A stretch of DNA of 64,000 nt from Candidatus Parcubacteria bacterium. Its GTDB lineage: Bacteria; Patescibacteriota; Saccharimonadia; UBA4664; JBIOIQ01. Every line of letters begins with the position of its first letter. Within the stretch, counting starts at the first letter, position 1. Made by a program: the position numbers and the translations under genes. The notes below the pieces were generated by a model. That model saw only the letters and a program-made list of their open reading frames with translations. It was not told the DNA's origin and did no database searches. The DNA is taken from NCBI GenBank assembly GCA_963718875.1, contig OY970378.1:605373-669372 (forward strand), given 5' to 3'. Shown one piece after another: positions 42,592 through 52,207 of the stretch.

Positions 42592-43953
42592 TTAAACGTG
42601 GGTAGCGTCGAGGTTGCGAAAGCTAAGAAGCTCGGGGTGGAAGTAAAGCTCCGCACGGCCGGTAGGGCCATTACGATGCTTGCTAATGAGTATGTCGGCA
42701 ATATGCTGTCGATCGGTATCAGGGTTATACATTTCTTCGCGGTAAATAAACATCACTACGTCGGCGTCTTGTTCGATTGAGCCGGATTCACGTAAATCTG
42801 ATAGCATTGGGATTTGGGGGGTCCGACTTTCTACGCTGCGAGATAGTTGGCTCAATGCCAGAACTGGGACGTTTAGTTCGCGGGCTAAGCCTTTTAACCC
42901 TCGAGAGATTTCTGAGACTTCTTGGACCCGGTTGTCGCTTCGGCTATTTCGACCACTCATCAGCTGTAAATAGTCGATAACTATTAGACCTAAGTCGTGT
43001 TCGGCTTGCAGTCGGCGCGCTTTGGTGCGCATTTCCATAACGTTTGTTAAGGCTGAGTCGTCAATAAATATGGGAGCATCGCTTAAAACGGCCATGGCGT
43101 GATTTATTTTTGGAAAATCAGTGTCTTCCAAAGCTCCGTTACGCAATTTCCAGGCATCAACGCCAGATTCCCCTGCCAGCAAACGATCGATCAGTTGTTC
43201 TTTGCTCATCTCGAGTGAAAAGATCCCCACGGGAATGCCCTCTTTAACGGCAACGTGTTGGGCAATATTTAGAGCTAGTGTGGTTTTGCCAATACTTGGT
43301 CTAGCGGCCAAAATGATTAAGTCCGACTTTTGAAGGCCGGCCAAGGTTCTATCAAGCGATTTAAAGCCAGTTGGGACGCCTCGAAGTTTTTTATTGTCTT
43401 TATGTAAATCGTCTAAGCGGTCAAAGCTATCAACTAATATAGAGCTAATTGATATAAAGTTTTGCTTAAGATTTTTTTGGGATACTTCGAATAGAGTTTG
43501 TTCAGCCGTGTCTAAAAGCCCATCCAAAGGGCTATCCTCATCGTGCCCAAGGTTGGTAATTTTTCCGGCGGCACTAATGAGGCGCCTTAGGGTGGCTTTG
43601 TGCGACACAATTTCAGCATAATGGGCAACATGTGCGGCCGTAGGTACTGCGTCAACTAACTCCGTTAAATAGGCAGCGCCACCCATTTTGTCTAATTCCC
43701 CTACCCCATCTAGCTTGTTCGCTAGGGTTAAAAGGTCGATCGGCTGGCGCGCCTCGTACAGATCGATCATTGAGGTAAAAATGAACGCATTGCGACTAAC
43801 ATAGAAGTCCTCAGCCGTTACTTTGTCCGCCACTTTTGTAATAGCTTCATTATCAACTAAGATAGCGCCTAGAAGACTTGCCTCGGCCTCAAGATTTTGA
43901 GGAGGCATTTTTGAAGAAATCTCGCTCTTTAGAGTTTCCCCGGCTTTATCCAC
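42592..43953 (-). CDS. dnaB: Replicative DNA helicase
   Basis: PPQNLEAE, AARPSIGKT, IDYLQL, LRESGSIEQDAD, RNGPTG. Confidence 0.99.
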   Translation of the reverse strand: MDKAGETLKSEISSKMPPQNLEAEASLLGAILVDNEAITKVADKVTAEDFYVSRNAFIFTSMIDLYEARQPIDLLTLANKLDGVGELDKMGGAAYLTELVDAVPTAAHVAHYAEIVSHKATLRRLISAAGKITNLGHDEDSPLDGLLDTAEQTLFEVSQKNLKQNFISISSILVDSFDRLDDLHKDNKKLRGVPTGFKSLDRTLAGLQKSDLIILAARPSIGKTTLALNIAQHVAVKEGIPVGIFSLEMSKEQLIDRLLAGESGVDAWKLRNGALEDTDFPKINHAMAVLSDAPIFIDDSALTNVMEMRTKARRLQAEHDLGLIVIDYLQLMSGRNSRSDNRVQEVSEISRGLKGLARELNVPVLALSQLSRSVESRTPQIPMLSDLRESGSIEQDADVVMFIYREEMYNPDTDRQHIADILISKHRNGPTGRAELYFHPELLSFRNLDATHV

Positions 43954-43967
43954 GTTTCAACCTCGAT

Positions 43968-45437
43968 TTAGTCATTTACTACTTCACCTCCTAAAATTTC
44001 AAGAGCAGAGCTTACAAGTTCATTAGTAGGGTCGATTGCTTGTTCTGGCACTCCAAGAGCCTCTAGCTGACTGACAGCTCGTACTGGCTTGTTATAAACC
44101 TTGGCGAGAGCAACTTCTATTATGGCACGGTTCTTGGGTTCTTCAATACGGTCACGGTGAAAGCTAAAACGGCAGTTGATAATGATTTGATCTGTTTCTA
44201 TTGCTATACGACAAGAGCACAACAGGGCATAAAGTGAGTTATTTTCTACTTTTATAAGGACGAGGACTTTAGGCCAAAGTGTTTGCATGGACGCATTATC
44301 TGAAGCTAAAGGCTCTTTTATGGTGGGCAAAGATACCTCTGTGGGGGTGGGTTCAGGGCTATTTTTAGGGGCTGAGGTAGTCTGGGGGACTTTGGCCGGC
44401 GTAGCCGAAGATAATTCTACCAAGGTAGTTTCAAGGGCTATCTCGGGCATCGGAGAGGTTAAAACGTTACTAAGCAGGTTAATAATGTTTGCAATTTGGC
44501 TCTCAGATAGCTCCGCAACGGAGCTCGCTAGGGTTATTTTAGTGGTCGTTAGTTTGGATAGCATAATTTCGCGCCACCGTTTCATTAACTGCATAACCAG
44601 TTCAGATATCTGAGCTCCGGAGTCTACAAGTTCATCAATGGTTCTAATAGCTTCGCCAGGTTGGCGTTGGGCTATAGATAGCACTAGTTTTTCGATGGCA
44701 GCAGAGTCGCTTAAGCCTAATAAAGAGTTAACATTTTGGGCCGTGACAAGATCTTGACCGCTGCCAGAAACCTGATCGAGCATACTTATGGCGTCGCGAA
44801 AACTTCCATGGCTGGCTTCGACAATAAGGTTAATTGCATCGGGCTCAATTGTTATTCCTTCCTTTTTAGCAATTTTCCCAAGGTGTTCGGATAAGTCTTT
44901 TGGAGTGATAGCTTTAAAATTGAAGCGTTGAGTGCGCGAGATGATGGTTTCGGGTAGTTTGTGAGCTTCTGTAGTGGCAAGAATGAAGATAGCGTGAGTA
45001 GGTGGCTCCTCCAAAGTCTTTAAAAGGGCATTAAAAGCCTCGTTAGTTAGCATGTGTACTTCGTCGATAATATAGACCTTGTAGCGGCTCAGGGCAGGGC
45101 TTAGATTGATTTTGTCTCGCAGGTCCCTAACCTCGTCTATGCGACGGTTACTGGCGGCGTCAATCTCAATAATGTCCATATTGCTTGCGAGAGGAACCAA
45201 GCAAATTTGACAGCTATTACAGGGCATATTGGTTTGAGACTCTAGACAGTTAACAGCCCTTGCTAACAACCTTGCTACGGAGGTTTTCCCAACTCCCCTG
45301 GGTCCAGTAAACAAATAGGCATGGCTGATACGCCCATTTGCGAGGGCATTGGTCAGAGTGGTAACGATGTGGGTTTGGCCAAGAATTTCGGCAAAGCTTT
45401 TGCCGCGGTATTTTCTATATAAAGCTAACTCGGCCAT
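43968..45437 (-). CDS. dnaX: DNA polymerase III gamma/tau
   Basis: LYRKYR, GPRGVGKT, IIDEVHML, NALLKTLEEPP. Confidence 0.98.
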   Translation of the reverse strand: MAELALYRKYRGKSFAEILGQTHIVTTLTNALANGRISHAYLFTGPRGVGKTSVARLLARAVNCLESQTNMPCNSCQICLVPLASNMDIIEIDAASNRRIDEVRDLRDKINLSPALSRYKVYIIDEVHMLTNEAFNALLKTLEEPPTHAIFILATTEAHKLPETIISRTQRFNFKAITPKDLSEHLGKIAKKEGITIEPDAINLIVEASHGSFRDAISMLDQVSGSGQDLVTAQNVNSLLGLSDSAAIEKLVLSIAQRQPGEAIRTIDELVDSGAQISELVMQLMKRWREIMLSKLTTTKITLASSVAELSESQIANIINLLSNVLTSPMPEIALETTLVELSSATPAKVPQTTSAPKNSPEPTPTEVSLPTIKEPLASDNASMQTLWPKVLVLIKVENNSLYALLCSCRIAIETDQIIINCRFSFHRDRIEEPKNRAIIEVALAKVYNKPVRAVSQLEALGVPEQAIDPTNELVSSALEILGGEVVND

Positions 45438-45540
45438 CTACCCTCACGTAATTACTGTCTTATTATATCTGGTGACGGAGGGTTTTAGTAGGTGGACTTT
45501 TTAAAATATACATGCTGTTGGGGGGAGGATCTTGGCTAAG

Positions 45541-46053
45541 TTAGCCAATGACGGCTTCGACGGCTGCCCACTCAGGCGTCCCTTCTTCGGGAACAACAAT
45601 GGTTATTTGGTCGCCTGGCTGAGCTTTAAAATAAGTAACGCTAGCAAATAAAACCCGGTAATCGACGCCTCCGGCCTCGACGTAGTATTGCCCATCTTTG
45701 AGACTTAGAGTGCCGATCAACTTTCGTCTTTCGGCTGGTCCTATTTGTTTATAGATAAACGAACCGTCGTCGCCGATGGTTAGTTTCAAAATATCTCCTT
45801 CGACTAGCTTGGACTTTGAAGCGTAATTAGCTGGTACGGGGTACATTTTGCCATCTGGCCCAAGCATATTTTGACCATCAAATTCCCCTTCTATAATTTT
45901 GCCGGTCGCTATGTCGCTAGGAGCAATGCTATTAGGCTCGTCAGTATCGCCAATTAGGCTAGCTAGCAGCTCTTTTGCCCCTGCCAAATTTGTCTCAGCA
46001 GTCTCAATAAGCTTTTTTAGGGTCTTTAGTTGTTTGTCGGCTAGTTCTGCCAC
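45541..46053 (-). CDS. Hypothetical protein (likely conserved in CPR)
   Basis: EGEFDGQNM...YPVPANYASKSKLVEGD; clean ORF with GGAG RBS. Confidence 0.8.
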   Translation of the reverse strand: MAELADKQLKTLKKLIETAETNLAGAKELLASLIGDTDEPNSIAPSDIATGKIIEGEFDGQNMLGPDGKMYPVPANYASKSKLVEGDILKLTIGDDGSFIYKQIGPAERRKLIGTLSLKDGQYYVEAGGVDYRVLFASVTYFKAQPGDQITIVVPEEGTPEWAAVEAVIG

Positions 46054-46176
46054 CGTAACTCCATTTGTTTTGGTCTTTAAAAACGTTATCTTATATTTAC
46101 CACTATGAAACTAAAAAGTCAAAGCATTCGCTAAAAATGCTGCGTTCGAAATTTCCGATTAACAGCAAAAATCAAA

Positions 46177-46198
46177 AAGGAGCTTTAGCAAGCTCCTA
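46177..46198 (-). terminator. Terminator after rplL
   Basis: AGGAGCTT/AAGCTCCT hairpin followed by a U-tract on the minus strand. Confidence 0.65.
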
Positions 46199-46214
46199 AA
46201 TTGACTTAACTATG

Positions 46215-46694
46215 CTACTGAAGTTCTACGGACGCGCCAGCTGCTTCTAAAGCCTTTTTGGCCTCTTCTGCCTCTGCCTTGGGAATATTTTCCTTAACTG
46301 GCTTAGGTGCGCTGTCTACAAGGCCCTTACTCTCGGCAAGGCCGAGTCCGGTAATTTCACGAACAGCCTTAATGACGTTAATTTTTTGATCACCAGCAGC
46401 GTTTAGGATGACGGTGTATGAGCTTTTCTCGGCTTCGGCTGGCTCATCTCCGCCAGCGGCTGGAGCGGCGGCCATAGCCATAGGGGCGGCAGCAGACACT
46501 CCAAAGTGGTTTTCGAGCACTTTGACAAGTTCGCTGAGTTCAAGTACGGATAGGGTTTCAATTGATTTTACTAAGTCTTTAAACTTAGCTGGGACTTCGG
46601 GCTTATCTTCGCTTTTAGCCTCATTTTTAACTTCGGCTTTAGCTTTGGGGGCTTCCTCTTTTACTTCTTCTGTTACGGTTTCTTCTTCGGCCAT
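46215..46694 (-). CDS. rplL: 50S ribosomal protein L7/L12 (N-terminal extension)
   Basis: [34 protein letters not shown]. Confidence 0.97.
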   Translation of the reverse strand: MAEEETVTEEVKEEAPKAKAEVKNEAKSEDKPEVPAKFKDLVKSIETLSVLELSELVKVLENHFGVSAAAPMAMAAAPAAGGDEPAEAEKSSYTVILNAAGDQKINVIKAVREITGLGLAESKGLVDSAPKPVKENIPKAEAEEAKKALEAAGASVELQ

Positions 46695-46794
46695 TTTTTT
46701 AGATCTCCTATTACTTAGTTAAACTTCGCGAATTATGAATAAAGTATGATGAATTATGGGTCGTGTTATCCACGCACCTTATATTCTTGATTCA

Positions 46795-47322
46795 TTATTC
46801 CTCATTCGCAATTGCATTAAGAACGTTTACTATGCTACGGACATTTGCTCCCAATACGCCTACAAAACCTGTCAAAGGAGCTGCAATTGTACCAACAACC
46901 TGGCCAATCAATTGGTCGCGAGTTGGAAGGCTCGCCAACGCCTTTACCTGAGCTGGAGTTAGCAACTCGCCTTCGCTTGTTACTGCACCAACTATTTCAA
47001 GCGCTGCATGAGTTTTGGCGTATTGAAAAATTACCCGGGCAGGGGCTACTTCATCGTCAAATCCCATGGCTAGGGCCATTGGTCCAGTAAATTTGCTGGG
47101 GTCAAGTTCGCTAAAAGTAGGGTTGGATTTTGTGGCGATTCGAAGCAGGGTATTTTTGGTTACCCTATAGGTCATACCTTCTTCGCGTAGTAGTTGGCGC
47201 AACTCTTCAACCTCTGCCACGGTTAATCCGCGGTAATCGGTCATGATGGCAAGCTTAATTCGGCCTAACTCGTCGCCCAGTTTGGCAACTGCTTGTTCTT
47301 TGGCTTCGCGTGTAATTGCCAT
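46795..47322 (-). CDS. rplJ: 50S ribosomal protein L10
   Basis: DYRGLTV, VTKNTLL, LASLPTRDQL. Confidence 0.97.
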   Translation of the reverse strand: MAITREAKEQAVAKLGDELGRIKLAIMTDYRGLTVAEVEELRQLLREEGMTYRVTKNTLLRIATKSNPTFSELDPSKFTGPMALAMGFDDEVAPARVIFQYAKTHAALEIVGAVTSEGELLTPAQVKALASLPTRDQLIGQVVGTIAAPLTGFVGVLGANVRSIVNVLNAIANEE

Positions 47323-47340
47323 ACGTGGCTCCTTTCTGTT

Positions 47341-47410
47341 GTCGTCCCGAGGTATTCGAGGGATCTATGGTTTGTGCTTATCATAGATGCTTCGGCAAGC
47401 TCAGCATGAC
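47341..47410. repeat. REP-like palindrome in the rplJ leader
   Basis: GTCGTCCCGAG...CGAGGGATCT / AGATGCTTCGGCAAGCTCAGCATGAC. Confidence 0.65.
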
Positions 47411-47411
47411 A

Positions 47412-47531
47412 TAAAAAATCTTCGATTGATTACCGAAGACATTCAAAGTTAACAATCAAAATGTTGATGGTTACCTCGGTAGCAGATTAAGTCCTTTGAC
47501 TATCTTAGGACAGCTACTGTCTTGGGTGATC
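47412..47531 (-). promoter_or_regulatory. L10 leader (rplJL autoregulatory RNA) with attenuator-like hairpin
   Basis: Minus strand CCAAGACAGTAG...TTAA..CTACCGAGG matches the L10-leader pattern; TCTTCG..CGAAGA-TTTTTT follows. Confidence 0.75.
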
Positions 47532-47563
47532 GCTAGTAATATTAGCCGACTGCAAGCCTAAAG

Positions 47564-47989
47564 TCAACCCTCGGATGTAGGCGGATGTTCCCTGTTTCGT
47601 TTTTCCGCTGCAGTTGCATCCATTAGTGCAGTTAAATCTTCTTCAACACCAAAGAATTGGTATGCATAAGCTAAATCCATTGCACTTTCAACAGATTCGA
47701 GGAAGCGTTGGTCGTCAACATCTCTCCATATCCTGGCCATTGAGAGTTCAAGGGCTAACCCAAGCATTTCGTAACGGTCTCGGTTGGCATCCACTATTTC
47801 CATTCCGGCTTCACGGTAACTTGCGCTTAATGATACAACGTCTTCTGTAAGTTCCCTTAACCCAGCTTCTATGATACGAGATCTAATATCTTGCATTCCA
47901 GGAGTTTCGACGAACCCTAGTTGCTCGACGATTTCCTCAAGCGTTCTTGGACGATCTATTTCTGGTTCAGACTCTTCGACGCCACTCAT
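47564..47989 (-). CDS. Hypothetical acidic protein
   Basis: 141 aa, GAGGA RBS. Confidence 0.65.
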   Translation of the reverse strand: MSGVEESEPEIDRPRTLEEIVEQLGFVETPGMQDIRSRIIEAGLRELTEDVVSLSASYREAGMEIVDANRDRYEMLGLALELSMARIWRDVDDQRFLESVESAMDLAYAYQFFGVEEDLTALMDATAAEKRNREHPPTSEG

Positions 47990-48064
47990 TTTTAGTCCTC
48001 TTTTAACTTAGTATAGCAATGAATTATGTTACGATATAATCAAGAGCATAACCAAGGTGGTGGA

Positions 48065-48958
48065 ATGTACAAACCTTATGATGAGCGAGTACCAGATACT
48101 CAATATCGTGATTTATTAAAAAACATTTTGGATAATGGTGAATTTGGGGAGACGCGTCAAGGACCACGGGCCAAAACTGTCATAGGGGCCCAAATGCGTT
48201 TTAAATTGGCCAATGGATTTCCGGTAATTACCGATCGCAGCATCAAGTCTTTTTGGCAAAAACCGATTGGCGAGCTGTGCGCATTTATAAATGGCGCTCG
48301 TACGCGTGAGCAGTTAGCGGAGTTTGGCTGTACATGGTGGGATGCTTGGACAAGCGAGGAAAAGACAAAAAAACGTGGACTTGAGCCCGGTGATATTGGC
48401 CCTGGTTCGTATGGTGCGGCTTTTCATGATTTCCCGACGGCTGATGGTGGCAGTTTTGACCAGTTTAAGCATTTGGTAGAGCAAATCAGTGAGTTTCCGG
48501 AAATGCGCACACATTTTGTGACGCCCTGGATTCCTCAATACATTGTGCGAGGTAAAGGCAAACAACAAAAAGTCACCATTGCGCCCTGCCATGGCTGGAT
48601 ACATGTGCGGATATTTAATGAGAAGTTACATTTGCACATGTTCCAACGCTCGGGTGATGTTCCTATTGGCGTTCCGTCAAACATGATCCAATACGCTGCG
48701 CTGGCCTTGATGTTAGAGCATTTAACTGGCTTTGAGGCTGTGGAATATGTTCATACTATTTCGGATGCTCACATATACGAAGATCAGATTGAGTATTTAG
48801 GGGAAATGTTAGAACGAGAGCCTTTAAAATTACCCACTGTAAGCCTGACCGAAGAAGGCAAAAAAGTTACCGACATTCACAACTTTCGCATGGAGCATTT
48901 TGAATTGAGCGATTACGCGCCGCATCCTAGTATTCCTAAAATTCCTGTAGCGACGTGA
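48065..48958 (+). CDS. thyA: Thymidylate synthase (divergent)
   Basis: APCH, FQRSGDVPIGVPSN, DAHIY; translationally coupled to DHFR. Confidence 0.92.
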   Translation: MYKPYDERVPDTQYRDLLKNILDNGEFGETRQGPRAKTVIGAQMRFKLANGFPVITDRSIKSFWQKPIGELCAFINGARTREQLAEFGCTWWDAWTSEEKTKKRGLEPGDIGPGSYGAAFHDFPTADGGSFDQFKHLVEQISEFPEMRTHFVTPWIPQYIVRGKGKQQKVTIAPCHGWIHVRIFNEKLHLHMFQRSGDVPIGVPSNMIQYAALALMLEHLTGFEAVEYVHTISDAHIYEDQIEYLGEMLEREPLKLPTVSLTEEGKKVTDIHNFRMEHFELSDYAPHPSIPKIPVAT

Positions 48959-49452
48959 TTTCGATTTTGGTGGCTTATGCTCGCAGTGGTGTTATTGGCA
49001 AAAGCAATGACCTACCTTGGTACTTACCGGCCGATCTAAAGCGTTTTAAGCAACTAACGACTGCACATCCGGTTATAATGGGTCGGAAAACATTTAACTC
49101 AATTATAAAGCGACTTGGCCATCCTCTGCCCGACCGCACGAACGTGGTTTTGACTCGCGATACTAAGTTTCAATATGATGGGGCTATGGTGGTAAACGAC
49201 CTGGATACGGCTATAGCGATGACACAACCAGAGGGCGAGGTTTTTATTATTGGAGGCGCTCAGGTTTTTAACCAATCAATGAATGTGGCTGATAAGATTT
49301 ATGCTACCGAGATCGATGCCGATATTGAAGGCGATGTTTATTTTCCGATAGTCGATCGCAGTGAGTGGCAGGAAACCAGTCGTGAAGAACATGAGTCTGA
49401 CGAAAAGAACCCGTATAACTATGCTTTTGTGATTTATGAGAGGTTAAGATGA
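48955..49452 (+). CDS. folA: Dihydrofolate reductase
   Basis: VIGKSNDLPW..ADLKRF, IMGRKT, LPDRTN, IIGG, GDVYFP. Confidence 0.96.
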   Translation: MISILVAYARSGVIGKSNDLPWYLPADLKRFKQLTTAHPVIMGRKTFNSIIKRLGHPLPDRTNVVLTRDTKFQYDGAMVVNDLDTAIAMTQPEGEVFIIGGAQVFNQSMNVADKIYATEIDADIEGDVYFPIVDRSEWQETSREEHESDEKNPYNYAFVIYERLR

Positions 49453-49904
49453 GCGATATAAGCTATAACTTGCAAGCTGGGCGTACGCCAGAACAGCTTG
49501 AACAAATGAAGCGTCTTCAGGAAAGCGGAATTTGTGCATTTTGTCCTGAATATCTAGCTACTGAACACCGTGAACCAATTGAAATTCGCACCAACTACTG
49601 GGTTGTGACTAAAAACGACTATCCTTATAAACGCACAAAGCTTCACTTGTTGTTGATACCCTTAAAGCATGTTAAGACGTTGTCTGAATTAAACTCAGAA
49701 GCCTTACATGACCTAACTGACACTATTGTGATGATAGAAAAAAAGTGGGGACTTAAGTCTTATGCGGTAATATCGCGCTCTGGGGACATGCGTTATAACG
49801 GCGGCAGCGTAGAACATTTGCATACTCACATTGTTGTTGGTGATGTGGATGATCCTGACCCTGAGCCTGTGCGCTTTAAGGTGAGCTCGCGCCCCAAAAC
49901 TTGA
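49449..49904 (+). CDS. HIT family nucleotide hydrolase
   Basis: CAFC, HLLLIPLKH, SVEHLHTHIV histidine triad. Confidence 0.9.
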   Translation: MSDISYNLQAGRTPEQLEQMKRLQESGICAFCPEYLATEHREPIEIRTNYWVVTKNDYPYKRTKLHLLLIPLKHVKTLSELNSEALHDLTDTIVMIEKKWGLKSYAVISRSGDMRYNGGSVEHLHTHIVVGDVDDPDPEPVRFKVSSRPKT

Positions 49905-49988
49905 TCTGACTGTCAGATGTCGGTACCATGGTTTCAGATCAGGCGCCCGCCTGGTCTAAAGTTCTCATGCGTCGGAAAGGACGTTGAT

Positions 49989-50618
49989 ATGGCTGACGAG
50001 CTCGTTGTACGAGAAGAAGCAGTACGGGGAGAGAAGCCTTTGGAGAGTGTGTATCGGCGGGCCAACCAGGAGGGTTTGTGTCCGTTCGATGATCTTGATC
50101 CAGCGGTGAATGTTCCGGTATATCCAGATGAGGTTTTCAATTTCTGGAATGTCTGGTATCGCCCGAAGCCGCGTCGGGGTCTGGCTGTGCATGTCATCCT
50201 GGCCACCAAATCCCATCTCCGTCATTTCGATGATCTCACAGGAGAGGGACAGCTGGAGTACTTCCGCATCCTGGCGATGTTGAGGAGGAACTTTGGAGAG
50301 TCCTACGCCTTGGTATCACGATTGGGTGGGGATGAGAACCGCAATCTCAACGCCGCCTCGGTTTACCACCTCAGCGCTCATTTCACGATCAGCGACGGCT
50401 TGCCCGTGTCTCTGGCTGACATTCCTCAACCCTTCCTCAGCCTCTACCTCGAGCTCAAAGGTCGAGCACCCACAGTTGACGACCAGATGCAACCGCTGGA
50501 TCCTTTGGAGTTCATGGATGCTCTGAGGCTGTGGTTGGACGTGGCACGAGCTGCTGAGAAAGGGCTGGCTTGGCCGGTTCGCGAACTGGTTACCAAGCGA
50601 GTTGCTCCTTCCAGCTGA
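49989..50618 (+). CDS. HIT-like paralog with degenerate triad
   Basis: GLCPF, HVILATKSH, YALVSR, SVYHLSAHF align to the preceding HIT; GAAAGGA RBS; GC-richer. Confidence 0.7.
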   Translation: MADELVVREEAVRGEKPLESVYRRANQEGLCPFDDLDPAVNVPVYPDEVFNFWNVWYRPKPRRGLAVHVILATKSHLRHFDDLTGEGQLEYFRILAMLRRNFGESYALVSRLGGDENRNLNAASVYHLSAHFTISDGLPVSLADIPQPFLSLYLELKGRAPTVDDQMQPLDPLEFMDALRLWLDVARAAEKGLAWPVRELVTKRVAPSS

Positions 50619-50627
50619 GTCTCTCGA

Positions 50628-51515
50628 CTATGTTGCTTTCTCCGGGTAGGGTCGGTATACATCGGCCCTATCCGGGGGGAGCTCTACATTAACTTTTATT
50701 AATTCTACATCGTTGGCTTTTAAAACCCTTTCACCGTCAAGGACGGCGTATCCTTGAGCATAGAAGCAGCGTTTGATACCAGAATTTGCTATCAGCATGG
50801 CGCAAGGTGGGCAAGGGAAGTTTGTCATGTAAATGTCAGCTTCTTCGAGCGACTCCCCTTTTTTGGCCGCATCGGCAATCAAGATGGCTTCGGCGTGCAT
50901 GTCGGTTGACATTTCGATTCCTACCCCACGAAAAAAGTTCATGCGTATGTCGCCATCAATCCAGGCTGTGTGGTCAGTGGGTTGATGTCGGTTTGAGGCC
51001 TGGTTCAATATCTTCCCGTCTTTAAGAATTAATGCTCCTACCTGTCGCCAGATATTTGAACTCTGTTTGCTCTCTTTGTGGGCTAATATCACCATTTGCT
51101 TGTCAAAATCGGACTCTGACATTGCGTGATCAGGGTTGGCCTCATCTTTGGCATTACTGCGGCGACGGTCCCAACGTAGAAAAATTGGGTCAAACACGAC
51201 GTCTTGATCAGAAAAAAACTCATGGGCAAGATCATGCGAAATATCTTCATCTGGCATAATAATTTGATCGCTTTTTCCGACGTTCGAAAGCTGACCCAAG
51301 CTAATTAGACTGGTATCGGGAATTATTTTCCATGAACGTATGGCAGAGACTACCAGTTCTGGATCGAGAGCCCGTAACTCTTTGCGCAGCCAATCAAATT
51401 TTTTTATGAGAGATTTGTCAAAGACGTAGGCAGCTTTAGCATCTTTGTGCTTAGTAAAAAAACTGTAGTAGCCTTCATGAAGTACCGGCACATAGGCAAT
51501 AACGATCTTGCCCAT
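50628..51515 (-). CDS. dCMP-deaminase-like protein with extra N-terminal domain
   Basis: RQVGA, HAEA, PCPPC; N-terminus VIAYVPVLHEGY. Confidence 0.88.
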   Translation of the reverse strand: MGKIVIAYVPVLHEGYYSFFTKHKDAKAAYVFDKSLIKKFDWLRKELRALDPELVVSAIRSWKIIPDTSLISLGQLSNVGKSDQIIMPDEDISHDLAHEFFSDQDVVFDPIFLRWDRRRSNAKDEANPDHAMSESDFDKQMVILAHKESKQSSNIWRQVGALILKDGKILNQASNRHQPTDHTAWIDGDIRMNFFRGVGIEMSTDMHAEAILIADAAKKGESLEEADIYMTNFPCPPCAMLIANSGIKRCFYAQGYAVLDGERVLKANDVELIKVNVELPPDRADVYRPYPEKAT

Positions 51516-52145
51516 TTAGGCTTCCCGACTCAATTTTTCAAAAGCGTCCTCAATGGCCTCGCCAATAGCAAACTTCATTTTATTGGTTAGACCAATGTTG
51601 AGTCGGCGCATTTTAGCAGTGGTAGAGGTGGTGGCTTGAGGATCCAACACTATTACTTCACCACAGTATTGCTTTAGCTCGTTTACTTGGTCTAGCGTAT
51701 AGGTTTCTTGAGTTGCAACTAGCACATCTGGGCGTACCAGTTTTATAAGATCCCATTTGGCGGCCCCAGCATCTTTGATTGTAACAATATCTACATGTCG
51801 TACGTGCGTTAGCATTTGGATGCGCTCGTCTTCACTGACAATTGGTCGGTCAGGCCCTTTGCGGGATCTAACTTTCTCGTCGCTGTCGACTCCAACCAGA
51901 AGGATATCGCCCAATGAATGAGCCTTTTCAAGGTAAAGGTAGTGGCCAATGTGGATGAAGTCAAATGTGCCTTGGGTCAAAACAATCTTTAGTCCAATAG
52001 TTTTTAAGGCTGTAACAATTTCGGACAAGCGATTATGGTCACGAACAAAACGTTCGCGAGAGTTTGCTCCAGGTCTAAATACGCCTCCGTTTGAGGTGTC
52101 TGACCTGGTGTCAAATATGTTGGGACTTGATAGGGGTGTTTCCAA
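51516..52145 (-). CDS. Cytidylyltransferase/adenylyltransferase (HIGH family, RfaE-II-like)
   Basis: TQGTFDFIHIGH, VGVDSD, KGPDRPI, STT. Confidence 0.9.
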   Translation of the reverse strand: METPLSSPNIFDTRSDTSNGGVFRPGANSRERFVRDHNRLSEIVTALKTIGLKIVLTQGTFDFIHIGHYLYLEKAHSLGDILLVGVDSDEKVRSRKGPDRPIVSEDERIQMLTHVRHVDIVTIKDAGAAKWDLIKLVRPDVLVATQETYTLDQVNELKQYCGEVIVLDPQATTSTTAKMRRLNIGLTNKMKFAIGEAIEDAFEKLSREA

Positions 52146-52207
52146 CTAATGTCTCTACCGCTTATGCTGACTAATCAAGAATAACAGATACGGGTGGTTT
52201 GTTGAAA

